Position numbers and translations under genes: made by a program. Shown here one piece after another: positions 54,310 to 64,000 of a DNA stretch of 64,000 bases. Position 1 is the first letter of the stretch. Every line of letters starts with the position of its first letter. Source of the stretch: Raillietiella orientalis (taxonomy: Eukaryota); contig JAYWIR010000049.1 of NCBI GenBank assembly GCA_036172245.1, positions 868,001-932,000 on the forward strand. Direction: 5' to 3'. Under the pieces are notes generated by a model. The model was not told where the DNA came from, did not search any database, and was given only the letters and a program-made list of their open reading frames with translations.

Positions 54310-54735
54310 AAGCTTAAGACGCGCGCCCTCGACCACTTCGGTCCCTTACGTCATTCTCATTAACCAATAATAAGCCGAGCTTCCGAGCGCATCGCTCGAG
54401 GCTTTTTGCAGCTTCTCCAGTAATAGGTCCTCCGGGATGGACACGGGAGCTTACGGGGCAGATTTGAATGTGACAGTGTCGCCCGACAGGGATTCCAGGA
54501 CCACAGCGCATAACTGGAACGCACTCTTCACTGCATGCGAGTCCCTCCGACGAGATGGACCGACACATCACGGGCGATTAGGATTACTCGTCGTCGGCTT
54601 GAAGATGTTCTGGACGAATCGTGCGTGACAGCTGAGGCGAGAGAAACGGATGGCCATCGCGTACACAAATTCAGTTGTGTACAGAAAGACATCTGTGCAC
54701 ATGTATCCATTTGTGGATGTTGGACCGCATAGGAA
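54310..54735 (+). mobile_element. LINE AP-endonuclease fragment
   Basis: YGADLNVTVSPDRD (GGDFN...D type) and GPTHHGRLGLLVV (T...RLD..LV type). Confidence 0.55.
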
Positions 54736-57700
54736 TAGTGTATGCATATTTTGCGAGGATGCATAATTTTTTTTAACAGGTTTTTTTTTTTTTCCGCCCT
54801 CATCTTGTGATGCTTTGGATGATGATGAGGGATATCGCCATCTGTAGTGAACGCGCGCACTGTTTTGAAAAAATCGTCAATACAACTACAAATATGTACT
54901 GTACTGAGAATTCAGTACATTTTGAATTACAAATAAGGTTCGGAATTTAGAATCTTTTCTAAGAAAGGATACTCACATCTTCTGAACCTATTATCCGACT
55001 GTTTTCGCCGTTTGTCTTTATCGAGCTCGCTCCGACCACTCGCATCCTACGGGACTGGACACCCTCGATAGCAGCAACGTCTTTGTCCTGAAGAGCCGCG
55101 GGTTGCCCGCCGCTGCTTCGGACGGTCTTCCTCGCGTAAAGTGCAGTTCGCAGACAGTGGTCGCGGTGCTGCGAGAGAGCGCGGCGGGGGTCTCGATAGC
55201 CCCGCCCCTCATGGCGCTCACAGCATCCTCAGCTGATGAAGCAACCTGCGCACACCGGCGGAGCGGACCTCCGCATCCGCGCGCGGACCACGGAACGGAC
55301 TACCGCCGCACGCTTTGCGCGCGCGGTGAGCGGAGAGAGCGCGAGATGCACCGCGAAACCTACGCAGGCCCGCATTTCTGTCCGAACTGAGCTGCCCCTT
55401 CATCCCCGAGAGAGCAAAACTCGAAACGGAAAAAAACAAAGGGGGGGGGGGGGAGGGAGGGAGGAAGAGAGAGGTCCACGTTGCTATGGGAGAGATTCAA
55501 GGGAAGGGAAAGGGGGGGGGGGATTTCTGAAACCGATATTGATGATTACAGCGACTGCGCGGAGCAGTGGAAGCGCAAGAGTCTCGACTTGGAGCGAATG
55601 CCCCTCGGCTCGAAGTCTCTCTCGAGCGCACCGAAGAAAAACACAGCGGCGGGCCACCTGGTTTCTTTGGAAGATGGCAAATTTTTTTTTTTTCTTCCTT
55701 CTTTATCTTCCCCTTTCGCTTCCCATTAGCGGAACCTCTCTGTTTGCATCCGCTCAGGGAAACAAGCAGGGCAAAAAGCGAGCCGCCACGATCCTTACGA
55801 TAACGAGCGACTCCCGAGGATCCTAACGAACGAGGTCCGGGAAGGATTCCCGGAGAGGCGAAGGGCCAGCTGTGACGAGGGGGGGACCAGCGCGTCCGAG
55901 CCCGCTCCTCCCAGGGTCGGGACGGAAGCGCGCGGAGGCACGAGGGGAGAGTAGACAGGACTGAGCAAAGGAGGTCCAAAGGACGCTACACCGCGCAGAG
56001 GGCTCTCTCGAAAAGGAGGAGGTGGGGAGTATCAAGAGCCCTCAACCCGTGAAGGGTTGCATCAAGTGCGGACATCATCACGGAGAAAGATGCTCTTCAA
56101 GAAAACAGGAGCGCGGAAGAGCCCGGGAAGCTTGTCTCTATGGAAAATGGGAAAGGACATTTTTGCTTCTTCCCCTCCGAGTAGTGGTCCGGTCTGTGGG
56201 CGTGTGGGCACGCGAGATGGAACAAGGTCGAGAGAGGAACGGAAAGGAGGGCGGAGAGGAGGAGTTGTGGATCGGCGAAACTCTCGGGGGCGAAGACCTC
56301 ATGCATGTGGTTCCTGACAGAAAGAGGCAAAGAGCGGCAGCGGAGGAGGGAAAGGAGAAGAAATCCGTCAGGATGGGGAGGGAGGAGGGAGGAAAATGTG
56401 GAAGGAAAAGATGGTGAATGAGGGATGTCAGAGAGCGATCGATCGATGCAAAAACAAGACCCTCGCGAGGAGAACTGCTCTGGAGGCCTCCGATAAGTGC
56501 AGCTGCAAGAAATGCCGAAGAGACGATCATCCGCGACTCTTGTCGCAGCCCCCCACTGGGCCGCCGCTTCCCAGACCGTTCCCAGACTCGCTCGTGAGGC
56601 CGACCTGCCGCTCGTCGGGAGCTCTCGCGAGCTGCGAGAGCGTTCTCCTGCCGTCACATCGCTGCTCCGCGACCCTCGCATCTCTCCGCAGCCTCCCTCT
56701 ATGAGTGGCAGGAGACCAGGAAACGACCTTTAGACAGGGAAGAGAGTCGCGTATGTCCGAGACAGACTGAGGTCGACCTGCAGACGACGATGACCGCACG
56801 CGGCAGAGGCGCCGATCGCCACCGTGAGCCAGCGTCGTGACCCGCAGGTCATCTTCCAGTCAGCGAGCTCAGGGACGGAGGGAGGTGCATCTCCGGAACG
56901 ATCCAGGACAGGCCCGCGTGTCCTGAAAGTTGGGTATTTCGGACTTTCCGTGCCCGTAGAGGGTGCGGAATGCACCAAGGAGGCAGCCTCCGCCAACGCC
57001 CTGAAGAAGATGGGGATGCACACTGGGGGACACCCTGGAACGGGGACTTGGCCGACGGTTCATCCCGATGGGCGGAAGGCACCGCTCCAAGCAAAGCTCC
57101 CTCACACTGCGCAGCCAACGACAAGCCTCGTCTCCACGGCGACGATCGCTTCAAGCTCTGGTTCGGGAACGCGGGAGGGTCGGTTCGAGAAGGGAGTCTG
57201 AACTGTGTTCACCTTGACGACACGCACTCTTCCCCCTACCCCCATCCCCCCTCAGCATCGCACCCACCGCAAGAGCTCATGAGCCGAGCGGCGCGCGCAG
57301 GCACACACGCTCACGTCACTCGCAGGAGCTTGGCTGCTGCATCCAGTGCGAGCGGTTCCTCCCCCCCTTCTCCTCCTTGACCCCACTGTCCGGATCGCCT
57401 CCACTCGTGTCTCTTGTGGATTCCTCCTCCTCCTCTGCTCTTTGCTTCTTTCTTTCGAGAACCGCACGGGAAACTACCGTGACGGTCCCGCCGCCGCCCC
57501 GGCTGGCGCGTCCGCGCCGTCGTCGGCGCGATTTCGCCACGCCACCCGCATGGAAGGCGCGCGGGACGCTGCGGTGCGGCCGAGCAGCGGGAGATGGGGG
57601 CAGGGGGAGCGGAGGACAGGACTGCTGAAGAGGGGAGCCTCCCTTTGCGCAGAGCTTGGCTCTCGGAAGGAGGGGCAAAGCGGACTCCGGGTGCCGCTGA

Positions 57701-60700
57701 TCCTTCTGTCTGCTGCCCCCCTAACTACGCCGTTCCTCCTCTCCCCCCCTCCTTTCGCACGGCATCCCGCCCGCTGATGAGCCCGCCACTGCTCTTCTCC
57801 CCGCTGTATCCTCTTTCCCGAGCGCTCCTGACTCCACGGCTGGTCTCGCGATCCCGGATGTCTGGCGCGGAAGGGCGCACGGGTAGGACCAGACGTATCC
57901 GCGGCATTTCCTTTCCCCTCATCCTTCCCCCACCTCCTCCCCCCTCCTTATCTTTGTGCGCGACCCGCGAGAGTTGCTCCAGGTTCGGCCACTCCTCCTC
58001 ATTTCCTTCCTTCCTTCCTTCTCCCCCCCCCCCCCCGTAAAGGCGAGACCCGCTGGGGTAGAAGCACCCTGCTCCGAAGGGGCGTTGTTTCCCGAGGCGC
58101 TAAATCACTTCCCAGGGTTGCCCTGCGATGGCGAACCCAACAGCGGGGCCGCCGAATGACGTCACAGTTCAACAGAACGCCAAAAGCCAACAAGCAGATC
58201 AAAAACGAACCGCAAAATTTAAATTAAAACAGTAAAGTATAAGAAACTGGCATCTGCTGCATCCCCAGCAGGGCGCTTCCCGAAGCGGCCGGTTGCTGCA
58301 GACGCGTGTCCCCTCCCCCCACGCATGAGCGTGAGCCCCCTGCGTGAGGCTCTGACCAACGGGTTCGCGCGCGCTCGGGGGTCGTGGCTGGGGGCGGGCC
58401 GGGCCGAGTCACGCACCCTCCCTGGAGACCCAGAGTTGCTCCCTTCGTTCCGCAAGCTCGCGCCCGCTTCCCGTTTGACCGGCCCTGGTGAAACCTGCCG
58501 CCCACGAACGGAGATGCACGCGGCGTACTTCTTTCGCAGCTCGGCCGACGTGGCGCGCGCACTGCCTTGCGTCACCACCGCCACTCTCGCTCGTTTTTTG
58601 TCTTTTGTGCCTCCCTCCCCCTCCTCCTTCCCCATGCATGCATGCGTTGGCAGCCGTCTGCCGCGGTTTCAGGCTTCCCACCTGCCGCAAGGTGGAAGCA
58701 CGTATCGAGCGCTTCCTCCGCAGCGGCCCCTGCCTACAGTGGAGAGCAAACGTGCGAGGAAAAAGTCGAAACGGAACACGGAATCTGCGTGTATCCCCGG
58801 AAGATGTCCACCCAGCTGAAGCTGAACTTTCCGAATTCCGTGGACAGCTCCCGCTGATCTCCGCTTTCACCGGGATCGCGGCGTGTCCTGTAAGGGAGGA
58901 AGTCTGCTCACTCCGGGCTTCGCGTTGCGTCTCCACGCCCTCTCGCGACGGGAGTGGGCTGCACCAAGAGACCACGACGCATTGCTACGGGCAAGGAGAG
59001 AAGAAGGACGGAGCAGCCGACCCCGCATAACCCCTTGTTCCCATCTGCAATGCGCGGGGGATGTGCCGATGCAGAACCGGGTTGCACCAGCCTGTCACGT
59101 GACCGATCTCGCAGCGCCTCTAGGGCGTTCGCACGCACGCTGGCAGAATGCCCGTGCCCCAGGGCCGGGCATGCGAGCCGGCCAGAGAGACGCAGACGCA
59201 CTTCCTCCGCCTTTTTGCCCCTCTCTCCCTTCCGGTCTGCGGCTGTCTGAAGAAGGGGGAGCACTCGCGCACCCGCGCCCTCCCCCCATCCTTCTGAACT
59301 AACCGTCAAGCCGGCCACACGGAGCAGTGCCGCCGCGTAGATTCTTACACTCGACCCCCTCCCTCCCGTGTGCCCCCCAGGCTCCTGGAGGTCGCTTGCG
59401 GGCGAGAGCGCTTGAGCTGCCATTCTTTTTAAGTCCCTCACCTACTAGGGCGCGTCCTGTTCGTATCCCCGAACCGGTCCGGGCAGCCGAGACTCTGGGC
59501 TGCGGCTCTTCTCGGCGGCGGGAGCACGTCCTTCATTGTCATGGCCCTCTGCTCCAGGCCCTCGCATCCAGCTCCGACAACGGCAAAAAGGTGGGAGGGT
59601 GAAGGGGTTCCAGGAGAGGGTCGGGGTCAGCGCACTTCCCGCGTCCCCTGCTTGCCACCAGAGACGAGCCGGTCGACCCCTTTGCGCAGAGCTCGCGCCG
59701 TCCCGGGAGAGGATCCCAAGCGCACCTTTCCCGGATTTTTCCTTGCCTCCAGCTACTTTCGGCTGTGACTATTGCGAACCGCGGAGAGCTGGGACTCTGC
59801 AGAAGCGCGAAGGGATGCCCTGGGTGGGACTCTGACGTCACGGTGCTCAGGCTGGAATCACAAGTGCCGGTTCTTCCTCCTTCCTCCCGTCGATGGAAGG
59901 GGACGAGGATCCCTTAACCAGCCAGTCGGCCGGATGGGGCTGCTGTCCGGTGGGCCGCCGTCCTATCCCGCCACAGATGTCCCGTCGTTCCTTCGGAAAA
60001 GAATGCTCCTCTGGTTCTCCGCTCTTCCGAGAGGCTCGCGAAGCAAGACAGCCAACGAGGGCCAGTCCTCCGGCTCCCGCAGAATCTCCTCCCCGCCTTC
60101 TCTTCCAGTCCCCTCCACGCTCTCGGAAAGTGTCCTGGAGCAGACGACGGGGGGCTCCATTTTGCGTTCCCCGGGCACTTTCGCCCTCCCTCCCGACCTG
60201 AACGTCTCTCTCCCTCTTCCGGACAAAAAAAAAGAAGAAAAGGGAAGCTGCGAGGAATGCATCCTGTTTGCGGGAGACGGAAGTCCCACGGTCTCGATCC
60301 CACGTGGCCGGGGAAGGCGGCGGCAACCGGACTTCGCCGCGCTGGTCTGCCGCGGAGTGGCAGCAGTGGCGGCCGTCAGCGGTGACGCTTCGACGGTGGT
60401 GGAGTGGGGGTGCGTGTGAAGTTGTGGAAGGGAATAGAGAGGGAAAGAGAGAGCGAGGGAGGAAAGAAACACCCAAGGAGCATCTCCCTCTTGGACACGT
60501 GCCCAGCACGCCCGCATGGACGTCTCCTCCGTCTGGCGGCGCATTCCAGGCGCTCCGGATGTCCACCACGCCTCAGCGGGCGACAGAAATCCGCGCACGC
60601 GCCATCCTCTGCGGGGAGCGCAAAAGAGTGGGGAAACGCCAACGTTTGCGGAGTCTGCTGATGGATTCGCAACGGGGGCCTGCGACAAAGCAGACCGCGG

Positions 60701-61642
60701 CAGGGAAGCATAGATCGACACAGCACAAGTGCAAGAAGTCCTTCGCTTCACTCTCCTTCCTTCTCTCTCTCTCTTTCTCCATCGCTCTCTGTCCTCCCCC
60801 CTGATTTCGCTTTCGTTCGGGACTTTCGGTTTTGCTTCGATGGCAAAACCGAAAGCTGCCCCGCTGCACGGGCTGCTGTGGTTCGAGAGGCGCTCCAAAG
60901 AGGGGTCTCGAAAGGCCGAACAAAGCGCGCCGCCGCACAGCCTCGAGGAAACCGCTCGTGCGCAGAGGAAAACGGAAATAGGTGGTTCTCTGGGAGGCGG
61001 TTCCGCGGCGACGGCGTCGCACAGGGATGGCGGTGGTAGCACGCCACCGCCCGCCGTTCCAGGGGAGACGGCGGGCTGTGTCGCTCGCGCGAACATGGAT
61101 CTACTCCGACGGGAGAAAGGGGGGGGGGGGAACTGCAGCCATCTCCCGCCAGCCGGCAGCAGACAGCACGCACTTCTCTCCCCTATTCTCCTTCCTCTGC
61201 TGCTGCTGCTGCACGCAAGCATCCGCCAGAAAGTCCCGGAAAGACGAACGAACGCCTTGCCGCCGCCGCGTGTGCGTGGACGAAATACAGGAGGACGACC
61301 AAGGGAAACGCGAGCGAGATGGCACCCCGAGTCCGCTCTCCCCGCCGAAAAAGTCGCGCAACCGGAGGGAGGGAGGGATAGGAGGGACAGAGGCGAACGC
61401 TAGAGTGGCCTGCGCGCGAGAGACAGATCTCACCGTCGCCCAAGAAAGCGGAGCCGTGGCTGGCGGACTGAGGTCCCCGGAGCAGGCGAGAAGACAGGAG
61501 CTGACAAGCATGTGGACAAGCTGCTGCCGGTGAAGCGGACCGCTCTAAGTGGACCAGGGAGGAAAAAGATGGATGCTTGGTGGGAAAGGTGTAGCTCAGC
61601 CGTGGGGACAGAGGCAGCATCATCGACACTCCAGAACCACCC

Positions 61643-61669
61643 CTTTGATCTTAGCCAAAAGGCCGAGAA
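61643..61669 (-). pseudogene. U2: U2 snRNA 5' fragment (nt 6-32)
   Basis: The - strand reads ttctcggccttttggctaagatcaaag, a 27-nt perfect match to the U2 5' region. Confidence 0.9.
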
Positions 61670-63216
61670 TCACCACCCACACCCCGGGACAGCAGCAGCA
61701 GCACACAATTTCGTTCATTCTAGTAGCACCAACCGTGACCACGTCATCGTCCTAGAGGTTTCTTCTTTTGATTCCATGATTTGTTCTTCTCTCCTTTCTC
61801 CTGGAGACAATCCGGGCTCCCGAGCGGCAGCAACAGCAGGAGGTGCACTTCAGCCGGGGCGCAGGCGGCGGCACGCACGAACGCTACGGTGGAAGCTGCA
61901 GAAATCATCATCAGCAGTCTTAGCTGATGCATCTGCGGGCGTCTCGACCGTAGGCCTGACGGATTGGAAGCCCCACGGAAGGAGGAGGAGGCACTGAGCA
62001 AAAAAAAAAAAAAAATTCTCTTGTCCTGCGTCGTTTGTTCCTTTTTTTTTTTTTCCCTCGTAAGGGGAAGGATGGAAAAGGGATCAGTTTGCTCTCCCGA
62101 CACGTTTTGATCAAGGAGTGGTCGGCGGGTCGAGTCTTCTGGACTGGAGACCTGCTCCCACTCTCTGAAGGTGTTCGGTACTCCTGTGTCCGTGTGTCCT
62201 CCTGCATTTCCCTCTCCTCGCTCCAGTTCCCCCCTTTCTCCGGGATCCTTCTTTAAGAAGGATTGTTTGGAAAAACCCCGTGGTGGGGAGGAGGAGTGGA
62301 TCGATAAGCTCCGGAACGGGAGGCAGCACCCAACAGCCTTCTCTTCCACTCTCCGCAGCAGCAACAGCAGCAGGGACGGCAGGAACGCGCACAGCCTGCC
62401 GCCGCCTCCATGAATGCTTCTGCGACCACCAACCGGGACGGTTGCGTCCTCGAGAGGGTTGCACTCGAGCGGTCTCACCATCTCGAGGACGACACGGAGA
62501 TGGAAGAAACAAATGAAACAAACGCTCTTTTGCTTTTGTTTTTAATAAAAAGTAAGAAATGAGCACCGTGCTGCAGGGACGACAGAGGAATCTGCTTCCA
62601 TCGGGAACGCATTTTCACAGGGTTTACAGCCATTGCAGCCACCTGGAGACTGCCTGAGGGTGGAGGGAGAACGAAGAATCCCGAAGCAGCCAAGGACAAT
62701 CACAACGCTTCCAGGAACGAACGTGTCCCTTGACGTTGCAGCTGGGGGAAAGGGGGGAGGGGAGAGAGAGAAAGGTCTCTTCGCCCGCTGTTCTCCCTTC
62801 GAGATGGTGGGAAGATACAGTACACGACAACAGCCTGTGACATCATGCTCCCTCCCCTGCAATGGTTCCTTTTCGGTACGGAGGGGAAAGGGAAGGTGGG
62901 GGATGCAGGAGGAAGTGGCCTTGCTCTTCTTTTTTTTTTCTTTTTCGCTTTTGGTTTTCGGTGGGAGCTCCCGGTCCGGAGGCGGTTCTCCACTGCAGGA
63001 GAACCGCTGAGGGCACTTCGGCGATACGACAGCAGCGCCGGTGGCGGCAGCATGCGGAACTTCGCACACGCCTCTTCCGCTGCTGCCACCAAGATGGAGA
63101 GGGTGGGGGAAGGGGAATTCAAGCAACGTCCGCGTGTGCTGAAGGAGGGATTTTGGGGGGGTGGGGCAGACCGCCGCCGCAGCAGCATTGTACACGCCTC
63201 ACATCGCGCGGCACCA

Positions 63217-63622
63217 TCAGATGCTGAGATATCCGTGATACGCTGCAGTGGGAAGCGCTGCCACGCGGCGTGAGAAGACCAGATCACCCGCCTCGTCCTC
63301 CTCCTCCTCGCCTCCGTCCAGGATGACGGCGAAGTTCCACTGGGCGGGAGAAAGGAAACATATGAGAGAGCATCGTCGAACAGCTTCCGGGATTCGCGCC
63401 GTCGCTATCAGCGGGCGTCACGAGCAAGCGACGTGCGCAGGCGCACGGGTGGCCGGGAAAAACTCACCCTGGATACAGACTCCAGAATCTGCTTCAGCAG
63501 GAAGGTGAAGCTGCGGGCGTCCGGCCACGTACGACTGACTAGCAAAGGTGCCTCGTCTGCACCGAGGTGCCTTTCGTGCCCGCTGTCCAGGCACAGCTGG
63601 AAGAACAACAAGCGGTGCAGAT
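63217..63622 (-). CDS. Last two coding exons (63468-63622, 63217-63339) of a Ras-association (RA) domain protein; gene continues toward or beyond the right edge
   Basis: Strong acceptor/donor pairs (tccttccag|, AGG|gtgagt, tctcccgcccag|). The spliced frame gives LHRLLFFQLCLDSGHERHLGADEAPLLVSRTWPDARSFTFLLKQILESVSR|WNFAVIL...AYHGYLSI*. ER.L..DE.PL.V..W...F.LK is typical of the RA domain C-terminus. Confidence 0.65.
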
Positions 63623-64000
63623 CTGGAAGGACGCAGACCAGAGGGTGTGGCAGGCAGGCGGCGAGGGAGAGAGAGAGAGAGACCTGTCAGCTGAAACCCC
63701 GGGTACCTCGCCACGCCCTAACCAGGGAGGCAGAGGGGCGCGCCCGCTCTCTCTCCTCTCCCTCCCCTCCTCTTTCCCTGCGCGCGCGCGCGTCCCGGCT
63801 CTCGACCCGCGGAGACGGATGCCGGGGAAAGACTTTGCGTGGCGGTCGCCAACGGGCGGAATTGAGAGAACGGTGATGCTGCGCTGATCCTCCGCCACGC
63901 CAAAGGAGCCGCCGTTGCTGCATTCTCTCGAACGACAGCAACAGCGGCGGCGGCTCGAGAAAAGCGGTGCGCGCCGAGTCACCAACACCGACCGACCATC

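Noticed and set aside
56970..57230. HWGTPWNGDLADGSSRW...LNCVHLDD resembles calpain NPWG..W.G.WSD motif
   Set aside because: No catalytic Asn/His context, no flanking calpain exons or splice sites found.
61538..61600. RSKWTREEKD Myb-like word and ggtgtagctcag tRNA-like word
   Set aside because: Both too short; the frame closes within a few codons and no tRNA body follows.
55018..63200. Dense overlapping ORFs up to 419 aa on both strands
   Set aside because: Low-complexity Arg/Pro/Ser/Gly translations in all frames, expected from high GC; no domain or splice-consistent structure.

Overview
Eukaryotic (most likely arthropod) genomic DNA with three compartments. (1) About 1-37 kb is a graveyard of decayed non-LTR retrotransposons: several L1/Tx1-like copies, one NeSL/Utopia-like restriction-like-endonuclease (RLE) element, two possible tyrosine-recombinase remnants and an unclassified repeat. 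It also holds a 28S rRNA fragment, a U2 snRNA 5' fragment, a tRNA-like half and, at the left edge, exons of a TBC1D19-like gene. (2) About 37-52 kb is AT-rich and carries three intact intron-containing genes: lola-like/batman (BTB-only, +) and a tandem pair of neuronal calcium sensors on the - strand (NCS-2/CG7646-like followed by neurocalcin, Nca). Most of their introns are only 41-57 bp. (3) About 55-64 kb is GC/CpG-rich, and its many ORFs are mostly spurious. It contains a second U2 5' fragment and the last two coding exons of an RA-domain gene (-). The best leads are the two U2 5' fragments ending near nt 32-36 together with a Utopia-like element, a structurally conserved 3' stem-loop in an apparently poly(A)-less Tx1-like family, a 28S fragment ending just before the hidden-break region, a possible shared first exon for the NCS-2/Nca pair, and recurrent perfect palindromes inside decayed elements. 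All family assignments come from motif recognition by eye; no database searches were run.
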